64,000 bases of DNA from Octopus sinensis. Lineage: Eukaryota. The stretch is from positions 75,454,001 to 75,518,000 of the forward strand of contig NC_043007.1 in assembly GCF_006345805.1 (NCBI RefSeq), in the 5' to 3' direction. Every line of letters begins with the position of its first letter. Position 1 is the first letter of the stretch. Shown piece by piece: positions 25,401 through 38,795 of this stretch. Both the position numbers and the translations under genes were made by a program. The notes beneath the pieces were generated by a model. The model made no database searches and was not told where the DNA came from. It saw only the letters and a list, made by a program, of their open reading frames with translations.

Positions 25401-25985
25401 TCCCAACAATGGACACCACACACTATAAAACCCATGGTGAAACTCGAAGCAATCCAATGAAACTACACTAAGAAAATCATCTTGATACAACGTATCAGCT
25501 ACTAGGAAAGATTGAAAGAATTAAAAGTCTTCTTCCTGGAATGAAGGCGAGAGAGATATGCAGTGATATACATCTGGAATATCCTAGAAGGCCTTGTACC
25601 AAACTTTGGCATTGAAAGTTACTCAAACTGCAGAATGGGGCACCACTGCATAGTGCCAAAGATCCCAGAATCACCATCAAAGTACAGAACCAGATACTGC
25701 ATCAGCTTGGTCTTCAAGGGCCCACACCTCTTTGATATATTTCCAAAATGCCAGAGAGACCTGTGTAGTGTAGATGTAAGTGTCCTTAAAGCAAAACTGG
25801 ATATCTTCCTGTCACGAGTTCTAGAGGAACCTACCTCATGGCAGGGAACACAGATGAGGGCTGCAGCATCAAATTCCCTCATTGACCAGATGCCACAGAT
25901 CAGAGCACATTCCAAATAGTGGTGCAGCTCAGTCAACAGTGGTGCCCCAGCATGACTGCAGCTTTGCAGCTGAAACACTTTAAAA
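22500..25985 (+). mobile_element. Near-full-length degenerate CR1/L2-like LINE (ORF1 remnant, APE endonuclease, RT)
   Basis: ORF1-like CANCRFAHQKVCKNH at ~22725. Endonuclease motifs VFLLGDINFP and NNILNLCFTN. RT motifs YRPISLTSHISKV, HGFRPGRSC, FAKACDKVDH, SYADDTK. Multiple stops and frameshifts. 3' stem-loop at 25959-25976. Confidence 0.9.
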
Positions 25986-26008
25986 TAGTTAAAACAAAAT
26001 AGTTACAT

Positions 26009-26290
26009 ATAATAATAAGAAAATGTTAAAAACAGTTTACAAGTAAAAATCTTAGAAAATATTAAAAAGTTCATTAAAAATATTAGGATTTCATTAAAAA
26101 TAAGATTGTCAAAAGTAAAATGTGAAAGCTTTGTAAGACCTTTTTTGTGTTAAGTACTGGTTGTCACAAAATATTACAATACATATATACATTCTTTTAT
26201 AATAATAAGAAAATGTTAAGAACAGTTTACAGGAAAAATCTTGAGAAAATATTAAAAAGTTCATAAAAAATATTAGGATTTCATTAAAAA
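26009..26290 (+). repeat. Direct duplication of a ~90-bp AT-rich block (period ~190 bp)
   Basis: TATAATAATAAGAAAATGTTAA...GGATTTCATTAAAAA at ~26009 and ~26197. Confidence 0.75.
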
Positions 26291-26519
26291 TTATGTTTGT
26301 TTGGAAGTATCTTTATATATACACAGAAATTTATGAGTTCAAAAAGGTCATATTTTGGTGGTATATATATATATACACAAAAGGAGATACATTTAGGAGT
26401 TTACAAAGAATTTGAGATGGACTGACGGGTCAAGTGAATAAACATCTTTTAAAATTGCATTTTCAAACCTTCTTTCATCTATATATATATATCTTTATAT
26501 ATATATATATTATATATCA

Positions 26520-26551
<32 letters not shown>

Positions 26552-26619
26552 CAATATATATATATATATCAATACATAAATACTTATATATCAATATATA
26601 TGTATATATAAACTTATAT

Positions 26620-26984
26620 GTGTTTTGACCAAAGATTGGTCCAGGCTATGTCTAACTTAATAGAACCACCTGATAGGATTATCTAAATCCTTTTTAAGTC
26701 AAGTTTTGTGATATCATGCTCCATTCAAGTAGTGAGTTCTTGTTGAGTGAGTTGTATCAGTAGCTTATCTGGTATTCCTTGAAGAAATTTGTCCAGACTC
26801 CGTTTAAAGGTGATAGAATCCTTTTTCTCTTTGGTCAGTTTTGGGACAATGTTAAACAGGACAGGGCCTGTTGAGTAAAAGAAATTGTGTCGCAGGGTAC
26901 TTATATGTTCTGATCCTGAATTGGTCAAGGGACATATGGTCCGTGGTCCCAGCTTTGGATGAACCTTAAAGCTAATGTTCAGGT

Positions 26985-26985
<1 letters not shown>
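26620..26985 (-). mobile_element. 3' end of a second CR1/L2-like LINE
   Basis: LRHNFFYSTGPVLFNIVPK...FKRSLDKFLQGIPD, a typical CR1/L2 ORF2 C-terminus. Confidence 0.75.
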
Positions 26986-27027
<42 letters not shown>

Positions 27028-27627
27028 CACAGATTTTTATTCTGTCAAAATATTTCACTATTTCTCCATTGTTTCTTACTTCTTGATGATGTTAGAGTTA
27101 ATATCTGTAGTAATTTTCAGTCATATCAATTATTTTGCTTAATATACTTTCTGTGATCTTTGTGCTTATCACCAATTTATCATTTTCATATCCTGATAAA
27201 GATGATGTTTTGAACCTAACCTTGTAAGGAATTAATAACAGTGATGTAGTGTAGCTGCTGTGCTCATAAATTGAGTCCAAAGACTCAGGTTCAATTCACA
27301 GCCGATCTCAACAAATGCATAAATGTTATAATATCCAAGCATTCACCCACAGAATCATAAGTTTGGTTGATAAATATGTATGACCTAGGATTAAATAACA
27401 ACATTGTAAATTAAGAATCTTGATAGAAATGTTTCTAGTAAGCATGAGATAATGGCATTGAGTTTGGTTGATTCTGCTGGCGCACGTGGAAGAAGGGTTG
27501 TTCTTGTATGTGAGATGCCAGCGCAAATATGATAGAACCAAACTACCAGCCAGGAGTCCTTCAGAGAAATGAAGAGAAAGGAACTCAATTAAGCATGGTG
27601 CCAGCCACATTATATAAGGGACAACAA

Positions 27628-27858
27628 GGTGGCGAGCTGGCAGAAACGTTAGCACGCTGGGCGAAATGCGTAGCCGTATTTCGTCTGTCATTACGTTGTG
27701 AGTTCAAGTTCTGCCGAGGTCGACTTTGCCTTTCATCCTTTTGGGGTCGATAAATAAAGTACCAGTTACGCACTGGGGTTGATGTAATCGACTTAATCTG
27801 TATGTCTGTCCTTGTTTGTCTCCTCTATGTTTAACCCCTTGTGAGCAATAAAGAAATA
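27628..27858 (+). mobile_element. tRNA-like SINE type 2 (~230 bp)
   Basis: GGCGAGCTGGCAGAAACGTTAG head and central GCCTTTCATCCTTT.GGGGTCGATAAA domain. Further copies on the minus strand at 28561-28792, 31342-31577, 37704-37937, 50405-50590 and 53117-53303. Confidence 0.85.
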
Positions 27859-28560
27859 TATATAAGGGACAATCAGATGTAGTGGAGAGCTCCTGTTAGA
27901 GGGAGCCTATTTATTCGACCAATCAGAGACTAAGTAGAGCTGTAAACTTACAGGGTCATTTGAGCCTACCTGAGATTAAAAATGTATGTTTTAAGCTAAT
28001 GCTAATGCAGTCATGCTACAAAGTCCTTTTCAGTTTGAGCCTCATTGTCACTAAGACCAAATTATGATCACTGTTGACACCAACACCAAGGAAAGACCTA
28101 GTCCTAGCCTTCTTGATGCAGTACTTGAACTTTTGAGGCCCAAGAATGAAGTCAATCTGGTTGTGAGTTTTGCTTTTCGGTGCATGCTATGTTGTTCTGC
28201 ATGGGGTCCTGTGAGGGAACAGAGTGTTGGTTAAGGTCAGCTTGTGAGTGCTAGCAAATTCTAGGAGTTTCACAGACCATTCTCAACCTCACCCTGGTAA
28301 CTGCTTCAACTGGCAGGGTAAACTTAGTGAGGGACTGAACACTTAGAGAGGAGATGGGCACTACCAAGCTTTTCTAAGGTCCACTGAAATGCCGTAATTG
28401 GCACAGAGTCATGTTTACTTAATACATATTAGATAAAGAGAAAGTAAAGAAAATAAGGTTGGAATTATTAAAATTCAATGTTGTTTTTAAATAGGTTTAT
28501 TCATGAGCAAATATATCTGTGCACACACACACACACACACACTTACGCACATGAATACAT

Positions 28561-28792
28561 ATTTCTTTACTACCCACAAAGGGCTAAACACAGAGAAGAC
28601 AAACAAAGACAGACAAACGGATCAAGTCGATTATATCAGCCCCAGTGTGCAACTGGTACTTAATTTATTGACCCCAAAAGGATGAAAGGCAAAGTTGACC
28701 TCGGCAGAGTTTTGAACTCAGAACGTAGCGGCAGAGAAAAACCGCGAAGCATTTCGCCCGGCGTGCTAACGTTTCTGCCAGCTCGCCACCTT
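28561..28792 (-). mobile_element. SINE type 2
   Basis: Reverse complement of the 27628 element. Confidence 0.85.
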
Positions 28793-29962
28793 ACACACAT
28801 GAATACAGATACTAAAAAGAGGGAGAGACAGACATAGAAAGAGAGAGAGGTATTGCTGTTACAACATTAATCCAATGAATCATTACTAAATAAGCACCAC
28901 CTCATTTTTCCTTGCTCTCCCTCTTCCTCTCCATCATTCCGCCCATGTCTCTTTTTTTCTTCTTCTTTCATTAGTTGACTCGGACCCCGCTCCCTCTCCT
29001 ATTTACTTTCAAACCTTTATTCGTTTACTGATTTCTGTCATTGAACTCCAACAATGCTAGTACAACCTTGAAGGTTTAATCTGTTATAATAGCTCCCAGT
29101 ATTCACAGTTTACAGCTTACTTTCCTAACAACCTCTATTAGTGAATCCACTAAGTTGCTGGGACATACTAAGACAGCATAAACAATACCAGCTTAAATGC
29201 GCACACACACACATATTATATATATATGAAACATCAAATTGATGGACATGGTACCGAAACAGAAAGTCTTATTTAATGCAAGCTGAATAAGAAGAGAATT
29301 AATTTAGATAAAATGAGTTCAGATTTGTGTCAGGATGAAATACTATCCTTGGGCTTTTGAAACGAGTTTAAGCACAAAGGAAAAAATATATATATATATT
29401 AAAAAAAAAGGATGTGAGAACAACTCTGATACACAAAAGGAATGTTTTGTTGCCCCAACACAAAGCACAACATGTCATTAATGCACATTTTCATTTTTCC
29501 TTCCCCTCTCTTCTCTTTCAATTATATTGCCTATGAGTCTTTTTTATTTTCCTTGCTCTACCTCAGTGACGTCGCTTCCAGCTCTTCTTGTTCTGTGGTC
29601 AAGTGCCACTGAGGTCAACTTTACTTTTTATTCTTTTGCAGGTGAATGAAGTAAGTACCAGTTCAGCATTGGGGTCGATGCAATTGACTTCCCTCGCCCC
29701 TCATAAATGCTGGCTTTGTACCAAAGTTAGAAAGGATTGTTCTGACTCAGTTCACATCACTTGTTTTCCTTTAACACCGTCAAAACACATGCACTCCCAC
29801 ACAAAGACTTTTTCATGTGATCACTATAAAATATGAAGAGATTTGTTTTTGCGTGTGGCTGTTGCATATCACAACCACAGGAAAACTTCTAAGACGAGAA
29901 AAGTTCTAAGGTGAGAGTAAACCACTCATACTTAGCAACCTGGAGAATACCTCTGAAATGGT

Positions 29963-30003
<41 letters not shown>

Positions 30004-31341
30004 TTAACGTCTGTTTTCCATGCTTTCATGGGTTGGACAGTTTGACTGATGCTGGTAAGTTTATGGGCCACACCAAGCACCACTGTCCATCCCAGCATAC
30101 TTTCTATGACTGGATGTCCTTCCTAATGCCAATCACTCCATAGAGCATACTGGGTATTTTTAAAATGGTACCAACATGAGTACTTTTTACATGGCACCAT
30201 GCATTGCATTACGTATATCATGTTGCAGTAGTCGTTAATAAAAAAACAAGGTGGAGATAAAAGATTGTGAGAGCCAGTTGCCACCACCAAAGGAACAGTT
30301 GGCAATGTATTAGTAAAGAGTTTAGCATGCTGGTAGGTATTCATCAGGGCTCAGTTCTCCGGCCCCCACTGTTTGTTATAGTTCTTTGCTGTAACAGCAG
30401 AGATACTTAACAAGTGAAGTTTTATGTGATACAAATTTATTCATATAAGATAAATTTGTTATAACCAGGTGTATTTACTGTTGGGCTGCCAATTATAGTA
30501 AACTGAATGACTTCACAGAGCCTCAGTTGTTGGCTCCTTATTAATGAAGTGTTCTTTTAAACTCAAATTTCTATGTTATCAAGCAGTCCAATACTCAACG
30601 GCTTTTCACTCATGACCATTCCATCTTTTTTAGGTATAAACATCATCATCGTCATCATCATCCTCATTTAACATTCATTTTCCATATTAGCAAGAGTTGG
30701 ATGGTTTGACAGAAGCTGGTAAGGCCAGGAGCATACTGGGCTCCATTGTCTGTTTTAGCATGGTTTCTACAGTTGGATGCCCTTCCTAATGCCAACCACT
30801 TTACAGAGTGTATTGTGTGCTCTTTTTTATGTTACCAGTACTAATAAGGTTGCTAAGTAGCTCACAAGAGAGGACCCTTTCATTGAGGTGGATGCAGTAT
30901 AGAGGGAGAAGGCTGTCATGTGTTAAAAGGCAAGATTATGATTGAGAGATAGGAACAGGTGCTGTTGGGGAGATAGATGGTAACCCCAGTTGGAAAAAGG
31001 AGAGGTGATGAGGTGTCAGGACATACCTTCAAGGTTCAAGAGGATGAATTTGATGGTGATGGGGACAGGGGAATGGGTAAGTTTGCTTAAGTGTGAGGTG
31101 AACAACAGGTAGGATGAGGAAGGGGATATTAGAATTCGCTGAAATGGTCTTTTTTTACTTGGGGCCTCACTGAAACTATTGATATATTCTGATGATATAA
31201 TCTTTAATCCTTGTTCCTTCATTAACTCCTCCATCTTAAAATAGACTGTGCTAGTCCCAATTTTCAGTGTTTTACCTTCACTAATTTTAAAGGTTTTTCC
31301 AGTAACAATAAATATTTTGATTTTTTAATCCTTCCTTCCTA

Positions 31342-31577
31342 CATATTTCTTTACTACCCACAAGGGGCTAGACACAGAGAGGACAAACAAGGACAGACAA
31401 ATGGATTAAGTCGATTATATCGACCCCAGTGTGTAACTGGTACTTAATTTATCGACCCTGAAAGGATGAAAGGCAAAGTCAACCTCGGCGAAATTTGAAC
31501 TCAGAACGTAATGGCAGACGAAACACGGCTACGCATTTCGCCCGGCGTGCTAACATTTCTGCCAGCTCACCGCCTTC
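31342..31577 (-). mobile_element. SINE type 2
   Basis: Reverse complement of the 27628 element. Confidence 0.85.
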
Positions 31578-32979
31578 CTACCTGATCTACAGATTATATT
31601 CTCTCTCTTACTCATCTTCCTCTACCTTGAAGAGTGCACTCTGGTACTCTGCTACCACTATCTTTATCTCTCTTCCTACTACTACTACTACCAGTCATCC
31701 TCACATAATGCAGTGTAGCTATGAATCTCATCTATAGCAAGACACTTGTGCTTGCCTTCCTTCTTCATACTTTAGTTTTCAACCCCTGTGATAAAACCAC
31801 TACCTCCTCTCTCAAATACGCTCCCATTTAACCAAGAGGGCTTTTCCTTTCTTTATTTTGTCTTGCAAGTTACTCAGCAACCTCAACAATGCATGACAAA
31901 AAGCACCCAGTACACACTGTAAAGTGGTTGGTATTAGAAAGGGCATCCAGTTATAGAAACCATGCCAAGGCTGACTTTGGGACCAGACACTGCTCTGCTG
32001 TTCATCAGATCCTGTCCAACCATCCATCCATCCCATGCTAGTAAGAAAATGTACATTAAACAATAATGAGGAATCTATAACAGCAGAACAAATCCCATAC
32101 CAACTTGTTGGCATTCTCAGATTAGAGAAATCTTTATATGTTCAGTGTGAACTTTTGGTGGCTAATGATTGTAAAGGGAAAAAAATGGGGAGGAAAGGAA
32201 AAATTGAAACTGTGGGGGGACAGGTTGGTGTGAAAATGCTTAATATAATGTCAGTGAGTATAAGTCGCGGAAGATACAACAAAAGGAGAATAATTAGGTG
32301 CCGTGGGTTAGCTTGCTAATTCAGAAGTACAGAGGCTGTTTTAGTAAAGTTATGTAATTTTAGCATCTTTGTTTCAGATGGTCAAGTAATGTAACTACAG
32401 TTTTTGTGTTACTTATTTTTCTTGTTTTAAATGCCACCATGATATTTGAATGGTATTTGAAAACACAGCAAATACTTCTTTTATTCTGTAAAAGAGTAGA
32501 ATATGACGGAAAAGTTAACACAAGTTTTAAAACAGTGGAATATATTTTACACTGTGAGGAATAAGAGAAATTTAGCATTGTGTAGAGTGATATAATATAA
32601 ATAAGGTCAGAGTAATGCAAGTGAGAAAATAATTACTATAACAGAGAGAAGTAAGAGAGAAGGAAGATGAGGTAAAAGAAGGACAGAAAGTAAAAAGTAT
32701 GAGAGGAGGAGAGCTACAGTGAGAAGGAGGAGAGAATTGACATTCTTTTTTTTAACCTCATAAATACAACAGAGAACTTGTACTAATTAGATGGTAACAA
32801 CATATATCATATAGTCAGAGCTATCAACATAAAGATAAGGCTTTCCTTTTCTGGTTGGGGAAATATTTTGGCTGATCATGTAGTGGGTATGAATTCACGC
32901 AGCAATGGAATGCTTCTAACATCTTGGAAAAAGTTACCATATTACATATTTAAATTCTGGATCACATTCTCTAAAACAC

Positions 32980-33253
32980 TCACACACATGTATGCATGCA
33001 CATATGCGTGTGCACACATACACACACTCACACACACACTCACACACGCACACATTCAAGTACACACACACACACACACATTCAAGTACACTCACACATG
33101 CACACACTCATTCACACCCCCACACACACTCAATTCACACGTGCGCACATGCACACACACACACACACTAACATGCATACACCCATTCATACACACCCAC
33201 ACCTCATGCACTCACACACATGCACACACTCACTCACACACCCACATACACTC

Positions 33254-33284
<31 letters not shown>

Positions 33285-33533
33285 TAACATGCATACACCC
33301 ATTCATACACACCCACACCTCATGCACTCACACACACTCACTCACACACATGCACACACTCACTCACACACATGCACACACTCACTCACACACCCACATA
33401 CACTCACTGCACACACACACACACACACACACACTAACATGGATACACCCATTCATACACACCCACACCTCATGCACTCACACACACTCACTCACACACA
33501 TGCACACACTCACTCACACACCCACATACACTC

Positions 33534-33571
<38 letters not shown>

Positions 33572-33580
33572 CACACATGC
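32980..33580. repeat. CA-rich satellite with a ~120-150 bp higher-order unit x3
   Basis: CTAACATG(C/G)ATACACCCATTCATACACACCCACACCTCATGCACTCAC recurs at ~33167, ~33284 and ~33433. Confidence 0.85.
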
Positions 33581-33737
33581 CTCCCCCCAACACACATACA
33601 ATACTCCTCAAAAAGCAAATGTTATATACTTAAGAATAGATTATACTTCAGTCTTATGCTTCAACTATTTGCCTATTACTTAGCTTTGTGAATACTATAT
33701 GCAGGGAAGTATTAAGACCACCACCATGTAAATGTAA

Positions 33738-34294
33738 TCTATTATATAAAATCCATTCTGTCTGTCTGTGTGTGTGTGTCTTCTAGGATCTCGGGCATCC
33801 TCCATTTGATTGCGTTCAAATTTGATATGTAGATACCGATGGTATCAGGGCGTGTATAAGTCTTGAAAAACATTACAAAAATCAATTCTAGGTGAGAATG
33901 CGATCGATAAAGCCATGGGAACGTGCATTTGTACACGCAAGTACATCAGTTGTTGTGTTTGATACTACGCGTATGTGAAAAAATGCACGTGCAGTTTGCG
34001 CAAAAAACGCCAGCTGGCTTGAAATAATGCCACAAAATGCAGTATATTTAAGAGACCAAAAAAGTAAGATGCAAAAGAGATATTTTCTTCAAACTTGTCA
34101 TGAAGGAAGGAAAGACTATTTGGTTTCTCAAGAAGTTTTTTTTTCATCTTAACTTTGTTTAACAAAACCCAAAATTTTATTGAAATAAAGGCATGCTAAA
34201 TTATTTTTTAATGAAAAGAAAACACTGATTGCTTTTTATTCAGCAGATATGATTCAGCACCGTCCATTGGACGGGGTGGGGGGCGTTTTGCTCA
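33738..34294 (+). mobile_element. Probable non-autonomous Helitron
   Basis: A|TCTATTATATAAAA 5' end, hairpin CGTCCA-T-TGGACG (34261-34273), degenerate CTCA|T terminus. Confidence 0.45.
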
Positions 34295-34389
34295 TTCAAA
34301 ATATTAGCAAAAAATATACCATAAAATAAACTTTTATTTTTAAAAAATGAAACAAAACAAACAGTAATTGTTATTTTTATGTACTCTTA

Positions 34390-34803
34390 GGCGTAGGAGT
34401 GGCTGTGTGGTAAGTAGCTTGCTTATGAACCACATAGTTCCAGGTTCAGTCCCACTGCATGGTACCTTGGGCAAGTGTCTTCTACTATAGCCTTGGGCCG
34501 ACCAAAGCCTTGTGAGTGGATTTGGTAGACGGAAACAGAAAAGAAGCCTGTCATATATATGTATATATATGTGTATGTGTATGTGTGTGTATATGTTTGT
34601 GTGTGTGTTTGTCCCCCCAACGTTGCTTGACAACTGATGCTGGTGTGTTTACGTACCCGTAACTTAGCGGTTCGGCAAAAGAAACCGATAGAATAAGTAC
34701 TAGGCTTACAAAGAATAAGTCCTTGGGTTGATTTGTTCGACTAAAGGCGGTGCTCCAGCATGGCCACAGTCAAATGACTGAAACAAGTAAAAGAGTAAAA
34801 GAG
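34390..34803 (+). mobile_element. SINE type 1, full length
   Basis: Same head, CORE-like segment and tail as the 2458 copy. Confidence 0.9.
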
Positions 34804-35146
34804 TTCCCCCTTATTTATATTTGAAAAATTTTCTCCTACTTTTTTTAATTGCTAAGTCTTTGATCAGATCTTTACTAGGTCATCATGAACATTTTGAAAT
34901 TACATTTCCGATATTATAAACTACTTTGAATATTATTTTAGCAAGTTTAAAGTTATTTCTTTCGTGTTGTAAACCATCTACCTTTTCTGTAGTGCTCTAC
35001 ATCTTTTGGTGCCCTAAACTTAATGGTTAATCCACCACTGACCATATTAACCACCACTGCTGAGGCTATGACCTTACATTGACCTATCCACTACTGAGCC
35101 ATCTCCTCTCTTTGCCCACATTAACTGACATACAATACTTCAGATA

Positions 35147-35957
35147 CCCATTAGCATTCAGATTACTCTGTCAAATATAATATTTGTTAACCCTCGGCCC
35201 AAGTGATACAAGCTCAAAGAACTTTGAGGCTGATCCATTGGCCCAATGGAACAAATGTTGTAAATGGTTGGTTTTGAAGTGTAATAGTTAATCAGGTATT
35301 GTCTTTCAGTAGATGTATCTCAATAGAAAAATATTTTGGTCTTTTCAGCTACACATACGCATAGGCGCAGGAGTGGCTGTGTGGTAAGTAGCTTGTTTAC
35401 CAGCCACATGGTTCCGGGTTCAGTCCCACTGCGTGACACCTTGGGCAAGTGTCTTCTGCTATTGCCTCGGGCCAACCAAAGCCTTGTGAGTGGATTTGGT
35501 AAACGGAAACTAAAAGAAGCCCGTCGTATATATGTATATATATATATGCATGTGTGTGTTTGTGTGTCTGTGTTTCTCCCCCTAGCATTGCTTGACAACC
35601 GATGCTGGTGTGTTTATGTCCCCGTTACTTAGTGGTTCGGCAAAATAGACCGATAGAATAAGTACTGGGCTTACAAAAGAATAAGTCCCGGTGCTCCAGC
35701 ATGGCCGCAGTCAAATGACTGAAACAAGTAAAAGAGTAAAAGGGTAAAGAGTATACCAAAACACCATATGTCTCAAAAGGGTTTATATTGTTTTGAACTA
35801 ATCATGTATTAACTGATAGCTTTGAGATTTTGTTTATGTGATAGCATATTTTTAGAATGACATTGTAGAGTAGGTGTGAGAAGCTAGATCTAGCCAGTTT
35901 GAATATAAAACAGATAGAATACTTAGCCTGGATATGGCTGGTTTAAATGCTAAAGGG
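35147..35957. mobile_element. piggyBac-like MITE with a nested SINE
   Basis: Left CCC(A)TTAGCATT and right AATGCTAAAGGG-TTTAA inverted termini. A SINE type 1 is inserted at 35364-35752. Confidence 0.5.
35364..35752 (+). mobile_element. SINE type 1
   Basis: Same as above. Confidence 0.9.
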
Positions 35958-36722
35958 TTTAATGGAACTTTTGATACCAGAGCCACCTCAAACTGCTTTA
36001 GGTTCTATGGTATAAACTTCTTGTTTTAAAGTGAGTAAAGGCACTGGCTTAGTGGTTAAGGTAGTCAACTCATGATTGTAAGGTCATGAGTTTGATACCT
36101 ACCAGTATGTTGCATTCTTGAGCAAGACACATATACATCATCATCATCATCATCATCATCATCATTGTTTAACGTCCGTTTTCCATGCTAGCATGGGTTG
36201 GACGGTTCAAAACGTAGCGACAGACGAAATACGGCTACGCATTTCGCCCGGCGTGCTAACAATTCTGCCCAGGAACAAGAGTGTGTCAGTGTATTGTTTA
36301 TATTGCTTCAGTCAGCTACAACATGAGGGTAAGTACGATTGGTCATCTAAATCACCAGATTCTTTTCCAACCTCACCAGAAGTCCCTTCCCTGCAGACCA
36401 ACCTGCTAGCTAGCCAGCCTGCAGCGAAGTTCCTGTCTACACTTCATCTGTCACGAATCTATGGGCAGTGTCCTGAAGTCTCACATAATATAGGAGCTGA
36501 AAAACTTTGAAAAACATGGATTTAGCCAGTTGTTAATGAGGATGTTTAAAATTTAAAAGCAACAAAAAAAACTCAATTTTTGATCAATAGAAACATATTT
36601 TGGTGCCATTAGAGCTCCAATGAGAAACATATTTTAATCAGTTGGCAAGTCTAAGTGCCATCAATGTAGGTATGTGTGTGTGTGTGTGTGTGTATGTACG
36701 TGTGTGTGTATGTGCATGTCTG

Positions 36723-36761
<39 letters not shown>

Positions 36762-36762
<1 letters not shown>

Positions 36763-37060
36763 GAGGCGTAATGGCCCAGTGGTTAGGGCAGCAGACTCGC
36801 AGTCGTAGGATCGTGGTTTCGATTCCCAGACCGGGCATTGTGAGTGTTTACTGAACGAAAACACCTAAAGCTCCACGAAGCTCCAGCAGGGGGTGCTGGC
36901 GATCTCTGCTGCACTCTTTTGCCACAACTTTCTCTCACTCTTTCTTCTGTTGGCCTGCTCGCTTAGCCAGCGGGGTGGTGTCATTTGAAGGCTAAAACAG
37001 TGCAAAGCGCGTTGTGACCAGTGATGTGTAGCAACATCTGATCGCCTGGTCAGTCACGGT
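36762..37060 (+). mobile_element. SINE type 3 variant
   Basis: TGGCCCAGTGG A box, GTTTCGATTCC B box, shared ACACCTAAAGCTCCACG body, different 3' part. Confidence 0.75.
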
Positions 37061-37703
37061 GATGGTGATATATGTATCTATATATATATATATTTTTATT
37101 GATGGAAGCAGTATTAATATCAAAAGGCTGTCTTTATATCCAAGTTAACATAAACGCTTTGTTAGAAGACCAAATATTGCGTTTTTAGGCATGAGAGATC
37201 CTCTCATATAAGGACTTAGTGCATAAAAGTACACACATAGATTATAGCAGATGAAATTCTGAGGAGATCCAATAGATATGGAAAATTCCGGCTCCAATGA
37301 CAGATGAATTTTGTCTTCCAAGGTCTATGCACGTGCTTTTGGCTCCAGGAATTTCACAAAAGGAATTTTCAACAGTAGTAATTAAAGTTTTACATTTTAC
37401 TTGAATAATTTTTGTGTTGCATAGGTGGAGGAACCTACTATTTTATATATTTGTGTTATGATGTTTCAATCATGGTGGCCATAATGGAGCATTGCCTTGA
37501 AGGGTTTTCATTGATAGTAATGATGATGCTTGTTGTGATTTGTTTTTAATTAAGTCTGCTACTTTATAATACTGGTTTCTGTTCGTCAAACCATTTTGTT
37601 ACATATATAAATAAAGGTCACCATTTTAAAAGTAATATCAATATAAAGACAGAGTGAGGATCTGGAGGCAGAAAAATACTAGCAAATACATGTACACATA
37701 TTC

Positions 37704-37937
37704 TTATTTCTTTATTGTCCACAAGGGGCTAAACATAGAGGGAACAAACAAGAACAGACAAATGGATTAAGTCGATTACATCGACCCCAGTGCATAACTG
37801 GTACTTAATTTATCGACCCTGGAAGGATGAAAGGCAAAGTCGACCTCGGCCGAATTTGAACTCAGAACGTAGCGGCAGATGAAATACTGCTAAGCATTTT
37901 TCCCGGCATGCTAACGTTTCTGCCAGCTCACCACCTC
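37704..37937 (-). mobile_element. SINE type 2
   Basis: Reverse complement of the 27628 element. Confidence 0.85.
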
Positions 37938-38029
37938 CAGCGTGCTAACAATTTTTATTATACATATTCTGTCTCTCTCTTTGTCCATCCATCCATCCAT
38001 TCATCCACCCATCCCTCCATAAAAAAAAA

Positions 38030-38347
38030 AATGCTGGGACTGTCAGTTATGATGACAAGAGTTCCAGTTGAACCAATCAACAGAACATTCTGTTCATACA
38101 ATTAACGTGCAAGTGGCTGAGCACTCCACAAACAGATGTACCTTGAATGTAGTTCACAACAACATTCAGCATGACACAGGGTGTGACAAGGCTGGCCATT
38201 TGAAATACAGGTATTACTCATTTTTGCCAAGTGAGTGGACAGGAGCAGCATGAAATAAAGTGTCTTGCTTAAGGACACAAAGCATGGCTAGGAATTGAAC
38301 TCATGTCCTTACAATCATGAGCTGAATACCCTAACCACTTAGCCACA
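38030..38347 (-). mobile_element. tRNA-derived SINE type 4 (degenerate)
   Basis: Minus-strand GTGGCTAAGTGGTTAGGG head, GAGTTCAATTCC B box, GTGTCCTTAAGCAAGACAC segment. Confidence 0.6.
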
Positions 38348-38355
38348 TGCCTTCA

Positions 38356-38404
<49 letters not shown>

Positions 38405-38795
38405 TGTGTGTGTGTGTACACAAACGCATGCACATAGATATACTGTCACATCCAGTTTGCAGGTCTCACAGTTGTCGTAAAAATACTGGAATGAAATTGC
38501 CCAGGTGGAAACTCAGGAAAAACATTTCATTAGTTCATTGGAGTTATGCCCCTTTGATGGGGAGCAAAAAGAGCCTCCATGGATTATAGAAGATATTTAC
38601 CTGAAGAGTTGGGTTGGGCTGAAGTAAAGACGGGTGGGGTAAAAACAGGGAAAGGATGGTGAGAAAGGTTAATTTTAAAATCGTGTGTGGGTGTGTATAT
38701 GTGTGTATGTATTTGTACGTATGTGTGTACATGTGTGGATATTTATATAAATGTGTGTGTATGTATGTATGTATGTATGTTTATATGTATATATA

